Positions 25,053 to 37,109 of a stretch of DNA of 64,000 nt are shown piece by piece (position 1 is the first letter of the stretch; the number at the start of each line of letters is the position of its first letter). The stretch is taken from the NCBI RefSeq assembly GCF_018350175.1, contig NC_058370.1, positions 115,506,001-115,570,000 of the forward strand. Direction: 5' to 3'. The position numbers and the translations under genes were made by a program. The notes beneath the pieces are model-generated. The model was not told where the DNA came from. It saw nothing but the letters and a program-made list of their open reading frames with translations, and made no database searches. The DNA is from Felis catus. Lineage: Eukaryota.

Positions 25053-25272
25053 GGGGCGCCTGGGTGGCGCAGTCGGTTAAGCGTCCGACTTCAGCCAGGT
25101 CACGATCTCGCGCTCCGTGAGTTCGAGCCCCGCGTCGGGCTCTGGGCTGATGGCTCAGAGCCTGGAGCCTGTTTCCCATTCTGTGTCTCCCTCTCTCTCT
25201 GCCCCTCCCCCATTCATGCTCTGTCTCTCTCTGTCCCAAAAATAAACGTTGAAAAAAAAATTAAAAAAAAAA
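25053..25272 (+). mobile_element. Young felid SINEC_Fc-type SINE
   Basis: CpG-intact ggggcgcctgggtggcgcagtcggttaagcgtccgacttcagccaggtcacg. Perfect TSD aaaaaagtcaaaaca. Confidence 0.96.
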
Positions 25273-25770
25273 AAAGTCAAAACATCTCTCCGCATGCCCT
25301 CCAACAAATCCATATTTATTTCTAAATGTATGGTGCACATTACTGTACCAATGTATTATGCACATCAAAACTTTCAGAAATGTAAATAGAGTAAAGTAAA
25401 AGGCTATAAATACACACAAATAGGAAATCTACATTTTGATCCTGCGATTGTAGAACAAGTGAATGGGGGACACACACACACACTGCCCCCGGAGGCCACC
25501 AGCAGCAGAAACTACACTTGGCATTGGTTGTTCTTTTTCCTTGAATCTTGGTTATTCGTACGTCTGATTCAGCGAGCACATGTCCTGCCAGGCAGGGCTG
25601 GTCTCTTGTTTTTCTCCACCTGGCTTCTAGAGTTGCCAAAAGACAGGACAGTTATGCTTTAGACAGTGCAAAGTGCAGAGTCCACAGCTGGTGCATAATA
25701 AAGTCATTCAATAAATAGTTTCTGAACACCTACTTTGAGTCCAGCTTTGAGGCAGGCCCAGGGGGTTCAA

Positions 25771-25993
25771 TGTTTATTTATTTTTGACAGAGAGAGACAG
25801 GCAGAGCATGAGTCGGGGACGGGGGGGGGGGGGGGGGGGGGCAGAGAGAGAGAGGGAGACACAGAATCTGAAACAGGCTCCAGGCTCTGAGGTGTCAGCA
25901 CAGAGCCCGACGCGGGGCTCAAACTCACGGACTGCGAGATCACGACCTGAGCCGAAGTCAGACACTCAACTGACTGAGCCACCCAGGCGCCCC
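25771..25993 (-). mobile_element. Can-SINE with an internal G21 run and almost no poly(A) tail
   Basis: Perfect 18-bp direct repeat caggcccagggggttcaa at 25753-70 and 25994-26011. Confidence 0.95.
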
Positions 25994-26247
25994 CAGGCCC
26001 AGGGGGTTCAAAGCACCGGACTTGGTCCCGCCTTCATGGAGGGAGCCCAACAGAGCAGCTGGGGTTTGAACCAGGCTTGAGATGGCTCGGGCATTTGAGG
26101 CAGATGAGCAAAGGGAGAGCATCGAGCAGAGGAGGCGTGTGTGAGAAGTGTGAGCCCCCCTGACGTATCTGGGAAGCTGTCACTGGGCAATTATGACTGG
26201 AACTCACAAGGTAACAGAAGGGCATGGTGAGAGAGAAGACCAGGAGT

Positions 26248-26585
26248 TGTTATGCCCAGAATTCGTGATCCCCAAAGTCCACTAGGGAGCCAAGTCCGAT
26301 GTAAAAGCAAGAGCCTTTATTCGAGCTAGCTCGAGCTCAGTCCCCTACCTGCACTGACGCAGCGGTGAGATACTGGGGAGAGAGAGCGGAGTTTCAAAAG
26401 GACAAAGGTTTTATTGGGGCCTCGGGGCAGTTGGTGAGGTAATGGCTATGGCTTCAGCCGATTGGCTGTGGAAGGGTCCGAGTCCTGTTAGGCAGGTGAG
26501 CGGAGGTTACTCAAGGGGAGGAGGCGTGGTCAAGGTGAAGGACACAGAACAAGATGGAGTTGGCCGGCATAGGCCTGCCCTTTCA
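26248..26585 (-). mobile_element. Young ERV1 (gamma-like) solo LTR, 338 bp
   Basis: Minus strand TGAAAG...ATAACA termini, 4-bp TSD GAGT (26244-47, 26586-89). CCAAT, TATA-like AATAAAA and AATAAA poly(A) signal occur in LTR order. Many intact CpGs. Confidence 0.88.
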
Positions 26586-26931
26586 GAGTGGCAGGAGGTA
26601 GGCCCAGAAGCTTCCAGGTAGGAAGAGTGTGCGGTCAGTCCTGCTTCTGTGGCTTCCCGCCCGGGGGCCTACTCAAAGTGCCCGTCCTGCCATGCATCTT
26701 CACAAGAGGAAAGGGACCAGATGGCTGGTGAGGAGGCATCTGGAACCACATAGGAAAGAAGTTCAGCCTTCCATTCTCACCGGTGCAAAGGCAGGCGTGG
26801 CGCCAGGCCAAAGCCAGAGAATCTAGAGGTCCGAGTTTCATCGGGAGGCTAGCCCACAACCCCCACCAAGCCTCCACTAACTGCCCTGTGATGCCACCAG
26901 GCCCTTGGGTGTGAACGAGGGGCTCTGTATG

Positions 26932-26950
26932 GCTCCAGCAGGGGGCTCCC
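26932..26950 (+). promoter_or_regulatory. Possible CTCF motif
   Basis: CCAGCAGGGGGCTC core. Confidence 0.4.
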
Positions 26951-27699
26951 GCAAAGAAGGCCTGCTTCAGGGCCAGCGACCCCCACCCCACCCTCTGGTG
27001 GGTCCGTGGCTCCAAACCCTTTCCCTGCTCCCTGAGGTGGGGAGTTTGTGTCCTTTCAGTTTACCTCAGACCCCTGGGCAGTCTCCCAGAGCAGGGAGAG
27101 CTCCGAACTGAGCTGGTCATATCTGCTTTGGGCCAAGGAGCCTAAAATGCTTTCATGGGAACAAACCTCACAGGCCAGGGGAGGAAGGTGTGCAGATACT
27201 AGACCTCTGGGGTCTAGTATCTAGTTGGGGTTGGGTGCTGTGCATAGAGGAAAGTCCCACAGAGAGGGAGCCAAGGGCCTCAAGCAATCCTCCCTAACGT
27301 ACCATGTGGCCTTGGGCCCGGAGAACTTGCCTGCCCGACCATCTGCCTTGGGCCCCAGACCTCAGTGGGCTTAGGCCTCACCGTCGGAGGGTGTGGACGG
27401 AAGCGGACTTGGGGCATCAGACTGAGCCTCACTTCAGAGGCTGGGAGGAATTGAGAGAAATGTACGCTTTACTCCCAGGTCAGCAAGAACGTGCAGAGTC
27501 TGAAGGAACATGGTCCCTGGGGAGAGGGGATGAAGGCCGGCAGTGTTGGCTCCGCCCCCGACACGCTGGGACCCATATTCTGACTTCTCATCTGCTCCAC
27601 GAGGGGGGTGGGCTGCACGCCCTCTGCAGTTCCTTCCAGCTCTGACATTCTTGACGCTACCTGGGCTTCTCCAAGCCCTGCTCAGCCCTTTTCCATCTT

Positions 27700-27905
27700 C
27701 CAGCCTGAGCCAATAGCCCGCCAAATGGTGGGCCACCCCACAGGTGATCGGCCACCACAGTGGGGTTTCTCGCAAACTGCTCTCACCGGCAGTTTCCTTC
27801 CCCAGGGACAGGAGAGGCAGGCTGAGCCCTGTTCCCCTACCTCCTCCCATCACGGGGCCCGGGGAGGAAGCCCCGCCCCCTCCTCCGCTCCTCTGGCCTC
27901 CATGG
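27700..27905 (+). promoter_or_regulatory. Candidate promoter-like module (NF-Y CCAAT, E2F, ETS, Sp1 GC box)
   Basis: AGCCAATAG 27708-16, GCCCGCCAAA 27716-25, GAGGAAG 27864-70, CCCCGCCCCC 27871-80. Confidence 0.3.
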
Positions 27906-28419
27906 CGTTCTGTGAATGAGTCTGAAAACAAATCATCACAGGGAGAGAAAATAAGCCACTTGTCCCAAAATAGCTCTCTGAAGCTCTGCCGGCTGCCTAG
28001 TCCCATGCCTTTGCAGCAGCGATGTTCTGTTATTTTGAAAGAGCCGAGAAGGCCACCTGATGGGTCTTTCTGGAGTCTCTCTCCTGGGGAATGAGCCTGT
28101 AGTGTGTGCCTGAGCATGGGCTAGGGCAGGAGTGAGTGTGCTGGTCTTGGGGCAATGGATCAGATGCCGCAGACCTACGACGAACCCCACAGGCTTCCTC
28201 CTGCAGCTTTCCCCGGTGGAGGGACACATCAAAGGTGGGTCTCCAGGCCAGAGGCACTTGGATCATAATTCAGTGAAAATGTGGACAAATGTCCCTCCGC
28301 ACTGGCCACCAGGACTTAGAGCACAGAGTTAAGCACGAAGGGCTCCGTGGACCCAGAAGAAAATGCCAACCACCGGAATCATGGGTATGAGTTTGAATAG
28401 CTCACCTGTCCTGTGCTGA

Positions 28420-28900
28420 TAGGTTTACATTAGGGCCTGTGGGCACAATTCAAGGAGTCCACGGAAGGTTTTTACATCTCTATTTTTCACTACCTTGGCC
28501 AAACTTTAGCTTTTCTAAAAGCACTAGCTTTTGCATAGTGCTATGATGAATGTATGCAAGGGACCTCAGACAAATTTAGCAGCGTCTGTGATTTGTCACC
28601 AGTAGAATCCACAGATACAGCGCACTTGTTGCAGAAGTCTTAAATTATTGTTTAAGCTCATCACGACTTCAGAATTACGGTGCCTGTCAGGCCTGTCACT
28701 GATCTTGTTGATGTGTTCACAAAAGAGCACAGGCGATACGGGATCACAAATCTGAGGTTTTTAAAAATATTTTGATAACCGCATTTCCATGCGATTGATT
28801 GGAGGCCTTTTGTAATCGGATGTATTCTCCTTTAATGCATTTAAAAATTTTGCTCTGATGAGGGCTTCATAAACTTCACCAGATTGCTGTAAGAAAGAAG
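28420..28900. mobile_element. hAT-Charlie non-autonomous DNA transposon (Charlie4a/MER113-like)
   Basis: tacatctctatttttcacta...tgtgatttgtcaccagtagaatccacagat...gctcatcacgacttcagaattacgg...aatattttgataac...cttcaccagattgc. Confidence 0.7.
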
Positions 28901-30907
28901 TTCCTTCACTTTCCCTGGATAACCTGGCATAATCCTCCCACCCAACCAGCCAGTGTGGGGGGTGCAGGGCTAGTAGGGTCCACATGGAGCTGCAAACATT
29001 TGGGGGCGCACAGAACCCTCTGTTCCAACAAAAATGTATCAGGAAGCCCAGTCCAGCACAGCGTGTGAAGGTGGAGCTCCCTGCTCTGGTTGGATTGGGG
29101 GCGGGGGCGGGTGGGGGGAGTTTCTTGAGCTGCCTTATCCCTCGATCCACCCCTCCCCACCCAACCCTCCCTTTCCTTTCCCCCTTCCCAGAAGGTCCGT
29201 GGACTTCCTAGGTTTCAACAGAGCACATCTGCAAATCATCAACCTAATGCAACCCTCTCTAAGGGTCGTCTTGCTGGTGGCATACCTCCCATACTGCCCT
29301 GCGCAAGGGAGGTCCCCAGGAAAGGCGAAGTCAGAGGATGTCATTTATAAATGCAAGGTGAGGCCTCTGGGTGTTCGTGGGAAAAAAAAAAAAAAGGCAG
29401 GAGAGATTGGGGATCCTAGCCCAGGGCGATCTGGGTTCCAATACTTACCAGCTGTGTGGCTGTGGTTTTCATCTAGTAATCAGTAATAATAGCTCCCACT
29501 TTAAAAGGTTGCTTGGGGAATGAAAGGAAACAATGCACGCAAAGAGCTAAACTGGCTCCATAAATTCCCACTGCTACCCTTTCCCTGGGGAAGGCTTGTA
29601 CCTGCCGCAGGCCCCTCCAGCCAGGGACACAGCCTCCCTCCCATCCTCTGCCTTGGAGGCAGCTTCAGCTCGGAATTTTCACCATTCAGAACTGAAACCC
29701 TCAGTTCTTCCCCTCTTTGCGAACATGTCACTTGGCCTCTCAGGGTGTTTTAGCAGCTGCTGAGCTCACCCAGAAGGCACACACTGTAACCATTATTTCA
29801 TCATCTAATAATTAGCCTGACATGTAGAATGGGCCCCGAGGGCTCTGGGATGACAGTGCTGTTTTCAAATGCAAAGATACTGTAATTTTGCACCTCTGCC
29901 AGGCAAGATGCAAGCAGAAGGGAAAAGTGACCCAAGGCTTTGGCGCCCTCAGCAGCGCTCAGCCCGTTACGCAGAGGCTACACAGAGGCAGGTTATTGGG
30001 GAGACAATGAAGCATCGTCTCCAGGACCCCTCACTTGCACAGTCCCCTGTTTGCTGTGAAATTTGCGATAGTGTATGTGTGCACGTTTTTTCCTAAAGAC
30101 CCTCTTCGAAATGTACAAATTTCAGGCTCCACAATACCTAACCCACCCCAAAGTTGTCCCCTGGTTCTGCGCAGCCTGGAAGTGGACCCCCTCCTGCTGC
30201 CATTCAGGACTGGCAAGCCGACTTGGGGGTGCAAGTTACAGAGCGATTGCACTTTGGGCTAAGGGATTTGATGATTCGCTGGGGCAGAAGGGGGCGCCAT
30301 CCTCAGGGCAGTAGTTCCCTGTACTGTCACCTGCTGGCCAGGAGACTTGGTGCAGCCGCATCAGCTCTAAGCCTGGGAGTCCCTCCCCCGTAGAATGCAC
30401 TTGAGAAGCCTGACCTGCCCACAGTGCAAGACTGCTAGAAAGAGTAAAATTTGTTATCTGTCAGTGGGCTGAGGTGGAAATGTCGGTGATGATTGTGAAA
30501 ACACACAAAACATTGATTTAAGGATGAAAAGGCCGGAGGTAAATCCCCCTGGCAAGTCATGGAACAAGGTATATAACCTGTGTGTGCCTCTCTCGACTAA
30601 AAAATAAAATAGGGAAATGCACCGTTATTAGCAGGAGCCCAGGGGCTGGGAGGGGAAAGCAGTCATCTCTACCTTCTGCAGCCTCAGATCTCTTAGAGTA
30701 GTGCCTGGAACAGATGACCAGGGAAGAGCATGTGGGTTCAGGCAGGACACAGGGGAGAGGTGAGGAGTGAAGGAGTAGCTCCCGCAGCAACAAGGCTGGG
30801 CTCTGTCATTACTTCTGTCCGTGGCCCAACATGCCATCTGGGCTCAGAACCCACAGCCCTTTGACACCTTCTCTTCTTTTTTTCCCCACATCCAATCAAT
30901 TGGGGTA

Positions 30908-31118
30908 TTTTAAGTTTACTTATTTACTCTGAGTGAGAAAGAGAGAGTGAGCTGGGGAGGGGCAGAGAGAGAGAGAGAGAGACAGAAAGAACCCCAAGCA
31001 GGCTCCACACTACTAGTGTGGAGCCTGATGTGGGGCACAAATGCACGAACCGCAAGATCATAACCTGAGCCGAAATCTAGAATCGGACGCTTAACTAACC
31101 GAGCCACCCAGGCACCCC
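30908..31118 (-). mobile_element. Can-SINE
   Basis: Reverse SINEC body with (GA)n. Confidence 0.93.
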
Positions 31119-31669
31119 ATGCAATCGGTTATTAAGTCTAAATTCCTACCCTCAATATGTGCTGTTTGGTTCCCTCCTCTCTATTTCTACAGGCCACCAT
31201 TCATTTCTTATCTGGATGAGAGCCACAGGCATCTAATGCATGTCTCCTCAGCCCTTGAGGTGCCAGACCAGGCTGGGGGGTGGGGGTGGGGGCAGCGGGC
31301 CAGAGCCTCTAGACTGGCACTTTACAGCCTTGGGAAACCTCATTTGTTAATCTCCATGTGCAGTTCAAATGTCATCATTTTCTTAATGTTGCCTCTATGG
31401 GGGAAACTGGGGGCAGCATTCACCTCTCAAGCGCCCCCTTCTGCCTAACCAGCCCCACGTTAGGTACTCTGGTCAAATTCATCTCCATGGGGCCCAGCTT
31501 TGATAGTGCAGCTTGCCTGCGGCCTGGCCGTCAAGATTCCAAACCGTATGAAAGTTACTGAAAGCTACCAGGGCCAGCAAGAAGACCCAAGCCCAGCTTG
31601 AGGAGATGGGTGGAGAAAAGCAGGCAGGGAGGACATCCGGTAAAGGTCACTCCTGCTCCTTCAGCTGGA

Positions 31670-31862
31670 ATGGTGGTTCTCAAACTCCACAGTGACAGGT
31701 ACGACCTGCTGCCCTTGTGAAAAATTCAGATTCCAAGGCCTCCTCCTGCCCCACTGAAATTTTCATTCAATATATTTGCAACTAGCCCCAGCAGACTGCA
31801 TTTCCAGGAAGCACACTGATTGTGGACACGGGTGCCGCACAGACCTTACTTCGAGAGGCAGT
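31670..31862. mobile_element. MER5B-like MITE
   Basis: gtggttctcaaact...cttgtgaaaaattcagattcc...ctgcatttccaggaagc...agaccttacttcgagaggca. Confidence 0.65.
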
Positions 31863-33829
31863 ACCCGAAATGGTCTCAGCTAACCAGCAGGCTTCATTCT
31901 GTCAGCTCGTTCAGAAGATAAAACAATGGCACATGGGCAGGAATTTGTACGAAAAAGCTGGGTTTCAGCCTAAAACCTCAAATCAAACGTATCGCTTTGA
32001 AAAAATATATATAAGAATGAGACCTTTAAAATAGGGAAAGCAGTTGAAAGGAAGACAACCCAAAGTTACTCATCCCTGAGAACATTCTCCCAGAAAGGCA
32101 AACTGCATGGAAAATATTAAATGTCATCCTAAAGAAAAAAAGAAAGTCTTGAAATTCTGGAAAGAAGTTATTTACAATCTATAACGAAGGCAGCCCATTG
32201 GGCAGACAAACACAGCAAACTTCTCTCTCAAACGTGCCAAGATGGAAGTTATACAGAAGACGAAGAGCACATATGTGACTGAATACTGGCAGGGGTGGGG
32301 GAGACAGGCATGCTTTCCCTTAGGTTTCCAGAGTTGCCAGAACTTTCTTCATGGCATTATGATCTTCAGTGTGGGCGAGGCCTCAGTAACAGTTCCCGCC
32401 AGCTCAGGGACCTGTCCCCTTACTCAGCTGGATGGTTCCACAGGCTGTCACGACTTCTTCTAATTCCCAGAGGGAAGAATGGCAGGAACCCATCGCACAA
32501 GTGGCACTCAATGTTTGAGATCCAGACTGACTTGAAAACATGGGTTGCCTCTTCGCCGTGACTCGGGAGGGATGTTTGGATTTTCCATCCCTGCCTCCCC
32601 CTCTGCCTCCTTGGCACACCGCAAAAACCATTTCCTGATGGTTCAAGACTCTGCCCGGAGCACGGAATCGAAGGCTCGGGAGCTATTCTGGGCTGCTAAC
32701 AGGCTGTGGTAAAATAGAGACCCGGGAGTGACTGCAGGTTCCTTCAACCAGGTCAGAAGGGGCGGTCCTTCCTCTTCGGCTGAGGAAGACCAGGAGGTGG
32801 TCCTGGAATGGACAGCCCTGCCGGACTTCGTAGACCTGGTTTGGGCTGGTTCGACCGCAGTGGGGTGGGTACCCGCTGGCACTTTCCCCGGAGGAAGCAT
32901 GGCGTTTCTTGGCGTGTATCTCCCTGAGATCTCAGCGAACTGGCTCGAGGGTAATGATTCAGGAGGAGGCTGAGAACCAGCTTGAGGAAGCGTTTAGTGA
33001 AGAAGCCTGTTTTCAGCTCTTGTGCGAAGCACTATTTTTAACTGGGACAAAATATCTGTCAAGGAAAGAAACATAAAAGTCTCAATTAGATCCTTTTCGA
33101 GGTGCACGGAACACTCATCTTGGCCAAATGCAGAATGGCCAAGTATTAAACACTGAGCTGGAGCCAAATGTCGCCAGTGTAAATACCCCGTGGGATACGA
33201 TAATAAATATACAGCTTTTTAAAAATGTGTAACTATTGCTGTGCTTTTGTTGGGAACATGTTTAGCCTTCAGATTTCTAGCTTGACTTTGTAGCGCGGGA
33301 GCAACGGCACGGCAGTGCTGTCTGCAGCCACGTGACGCTGACCTTCACACCGTGATACACATTTACAACCCTCACCGGACACTCTCGCTTCGCTTCAGAG
33401 GTCTCTCTGCCAGCACGGGCTCCTCCTGGTGGCCACGTCGGCCAGCCAGCCAAGCTGATCTTTTCCTTGAACTCTAACTGGCTGAAGACAATTCCTGTCC
33501 CAACTCCCGGATGTAAAAAAGTCTCAGCCAGGACTTCTTGAAAGATTCAAGGCACATCTGAAATGACATATCTAAAAATTAAATGTAGCACTTATGGGTT
33601 AACTTATTATCACCAGTGCTCGTTATACCAAAGAATTCTAGCAAGATCAGCATTGTAAGCTAATCGAATCTATTATTCTTCCTTGTGCGGTTAATGTAAT
33701 TGTATAAACAGCTCTCCAGGTGGCCACGATCAGATCCACCATCCACGTGGGGGCTCAGGGAGGAACAGAGGGGGAAGCCTCGGGTGTCAGTCCTGCGTGG
33801 GCTTGGAGCACAGAGCCCAGCCTCTGGCA

Positions 33830-34300
33830 CGCTGCCTGCCACTGAGCGGGCCTTAGGCATATATTTTCTGGATGGCTGACTGGCTAAGTGAACAAATAAA
33901 TTAAGGAATGAAAAGAGATACAAGCCAGAGCCGAGCAGAGAGGCATCCGCACCTGAAGCTGTGCATGCACCAGGTAAGGTAAGTAGAGAGGGGCGGATCT
34001 AGAGCAGGCAGGAGGACAAAGTCAATCCTATTGGGAAGCCATGATGCATACAGAGGAGACGGGACAGGAGGGAGGCTATGACAGGGCAGGGTAGCCACGG
34101 GTGGGGGGTGAGTGTCCTGGCAGGCAGGTCAATAGGTGTCCCGAGAGCAGGAGACACGTAAAGGTCATACAGAAGACACGGGGTCTCAGGAGCAGGACTG
34201 CAGACCCCAGCCAGGGTGAGTTGTAGAAGAGACAGAACTTGGGTGGGCTGTGAAGGCCCAGAGCACGCAGATGGCAACTAGAACAAGAGCTGGAGGCGGG
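33830..34300 (-). mobile_element. L2 fragments
   Basis: Purine-rich reverse L2-like sequence (ggatctagagcaggcaggaggacaaagtcaatcctattgggaagccatg). Confidence 0.45.
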
Positions 34301-35185
34301 GCTTGGCCCCGGGAAAACAGCCTGCTAGTAGACCTGAGTTCCAGGCCAGCGAAGGAGCCTGGCCAGGCTGCCTCCAGGGCAAATCCCCCCAAGCCGCTGA
34401 ACTTTCAACTCTCCCCAGTTTAGGAAAGAATCTACGCAGGGACCCAGCAGGGCTGGGCCTACATGCGGCTGACAAAGTGGTCCCAGGGAAGGAGGAGTCT
34501 GGGAGGCTCCAAGATCATGGGGTCAAACAAGCTACAGCTGTCTGCAGAGAAGGTAAGCCTAAGCTTGACACGTTCTTTTAAGCTTTCGTTTGAATGGACC
34601 CAGCTGTCCCGGGCCCTGAACACTGTAACTGATGATCAGCTGCCCAACAATGATTTGGTGAGACCTGCAGTGGCCAGCATTGCGCTTCTGTTAGTGACTG
34701 GGGGCAGGAAACAGTCATTGAACGGATGAGTTTATTCTAAGTTTGCATACCGTGCCGCTATACACAAAGAAAGCAAGGTTGTAAGAGGGCTACAGCCAGA
34801 AAGCGCTGCCGACGAGCGTGGTCAGGGAGGGCTTTCTGGAGGAGGTGCGTTGTGCCTTGGGCCTGTAGGACGTAGGTCCGTGGAATAGAGAGAGGGGAAC
34901 ATTTTAGCCCGGATAACCAAGGGAAGGAAAAGAGAATTCCTCATTGCCTGGAGTACTCGCTGAATTCCATCTCGCAGGTGAGAACCCTGAGGCCCAACAC
35001 GGTCACGGCCAGTTAGCAGTGGAGTCCAGTGAGCAAGGGCACGCCAGTCCCGGAGGCCCCACGGTCTTTCCTCACTCGGAAGAGCTGCGTTACTTTCTCC
35101 TGCTGCGTGCAGAGTTTGCTTTGGCTTTATGGGGAAGCTTTGGGCTAGTTTGGTTTGTTTGGGCTTTTTCTTTTCCTTTGTTTTG

Positions 35186-35379
35186 TTTTTTAATGTTTAT
35201 TTGAGAGAGAGAGTGAGAGTGGGGAGGGGCACAGAGAGAGGGAGATACAGAATCTGCAGCAAGTTCCAGGCTCCAAGCTGTCAGCACGGAGCCTGACGTG
35301 GGGCTTGAACCCACAAACGGTGAGATCATGACCTGAGCTGAAGTCGGATGCTTAACTGACTGAGCCACCCAAGTGCCCC
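35186..35379 (-). mobile_element. Can-SINE
   Basis: Reverse SINEC. TSD tgttttgtttt. Confidence 0.94.
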
Positions 35380-35548
35380 TGTTTTGTTTTGTGAAAGTTA
35401 CCAAAGGAAGGAAATGGCATTTTTTTCCTCCAGTGGTAGGACCAGTTTTGCACATACACAGGCAAGAAGGCCCCTCTCTGTGCCGTGCCCAGCACGAGAC
35501 CCACTCTTGTCTCCTGTGGCTGTGCCCATCCCCACAGGCCACACCTGC

Positions 35549-36014
35549 TGTACTGATTTCTGCAGTTACAGCAAGTCACCGCAACCTCAGGGGCTTAAAC
35601 TGACCCAGATTTGCTATCTTAGAGTTCGTGGGTCAGAAGTCTCACCGGGTATCGGCAGGGCTGTGTTCCTTTCTGGAGGCTCGAAGGAACGATCTGTCTT
35701 CCTGCCTTCTCCAGCTTCTAGAGGCTTCTCTAGAGGCCACCGATATCCCTTGACTTGTTGTCTCTTCCACCTCCAAAGCCGTCAGAGGCCAGTCGAGGGT
35801 TTCTCACATGGCACCACTCTGCCCTTCTCTCCCGCTTCTGAGGACCCTGGGACTGCATGGGGCTCACGCAGATAATCTGCCACAAACCTCCGTGTCATAA
35901 AGTCAACTCCTCAGCCTCAACTCTGCCTACAATGTTGATGTAACATGACATGTTCTCAGGTTTCTGGGATTAGGACGTGGGCGTCTTCGGCGGGCTACTA
36001 CTCTGCCTGCCACG
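35549..36014 (-). mobile_element. MaLR solo LTR (MLT1D-like)
   Basis: gggcttaaac...gggtcagaagtc...ggcagggctgtgttcctttctggaggctc...ttctccagcttctagaggc...aggtttctgggattaggacgtgg. Confidence 0.8.
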
Positions 36015-37109
36015 TTGCCACGGCCAGAGGATTGAATATACTCTGTGTAACAATCTGCTGGCCTGGTTTACAATTTTAAGTATCAGAGATCTGGTATGTA
36101 GGCTTCCGTCTGTGTCCTGGCCCCAAAGGCTAGGGCAGCTTGGGTGCGGACAGGGGCCGTTGGAGGGGAAATGCACTGTGGCCGCCCTCAGCATGGTGGG
36201 GGAGTACCAAGGACTCGCCTTTGGCCGGCAGCTGCCCCCCTGCACACAGCGTCCAAGGCTCCCCAAGACTGTCGGCCTCCAGCAAAAGTGTCACCATCAT
36301 CTCACCTGTGACTCCTGACACTGCTCCTCTTACAACACTGTTCCTCCCCATGGAGCTCAGTTCCCGGTTCTTTTTGCCTTTTACTTTTGCATAAGAAGGG
36401 TAGAAGCCAGGGATCATCCCAACTCCAATAGTACAGACACATCAAAGGACGCCAAGCCCCTAGGGAAACCAGAGCGCGGCTTACATCATCCTGCAGCACA
36501 CCAGCACATCGCTAAGCAACTGTGGGATCAACACCTGTTTCCATGGAGATGTCACTTCCTCGCCATCCTCCGGGCAGAGCAGAGAAGTGCGTCCAGGAGG
36601 AATGAGCACGCTGAGCTGTGCCAGAGAATGACAAAATCTGGTAGCAAAAACTATTGTCAAGGTGGAATGTTGACAAGAGAGAGCTCTAGAATGAGGATGG
36701 GAAGGAGGATGGGCACCGGACAGGTCTGCAGGGAATGACTGGCCAGAATTAACCCCGGGGTGCACATCCCCTGGCCCCGCCCCTCTCCACATGGGGAGCC
36801 ACCGAGAGAGGCCTCAGACTCCTGTCCCATCCTGCACAACAAATTGTTCGCAGGCTGAGCTGAGGCCAGAGCCCAACGCTTGTGCCTCCCTGCCCAGGGC
36901 CCATCCCACGTGAAGGAAGGCAGTAATACTCTTTCTCCTGCTGGTTCAGGCAAGCAGAGATGGCTCTTGCCTTTTGGTTCCATGTCTTGGCCCAGCCTGC
37001 CCAGCACAGCACTTTCCCGGGACCTGGCTCCCACTCCCCTACGACAAACAATGTTGCTGCAAGGGGCGCGCTTCCAAAATGACCCTAGCGGAGGGGAGTG
37101 GAAGGGAAT

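Noticed and set aside
8097-27270. Exact 19-bp match aagtcccacagagagggag at 8097 and 27252
   Set aside because: A single purine-rich match with no flanking similarity; cannot be distinguished from chance.
27434-28117. Longest ORF (227 aa, minus strand)
   Set aside because: No recognisable domain, G/S/P/R-rich composition typical of chance ORFs in GC-rich DNA, and overlapped by similar ORFs in other frames.
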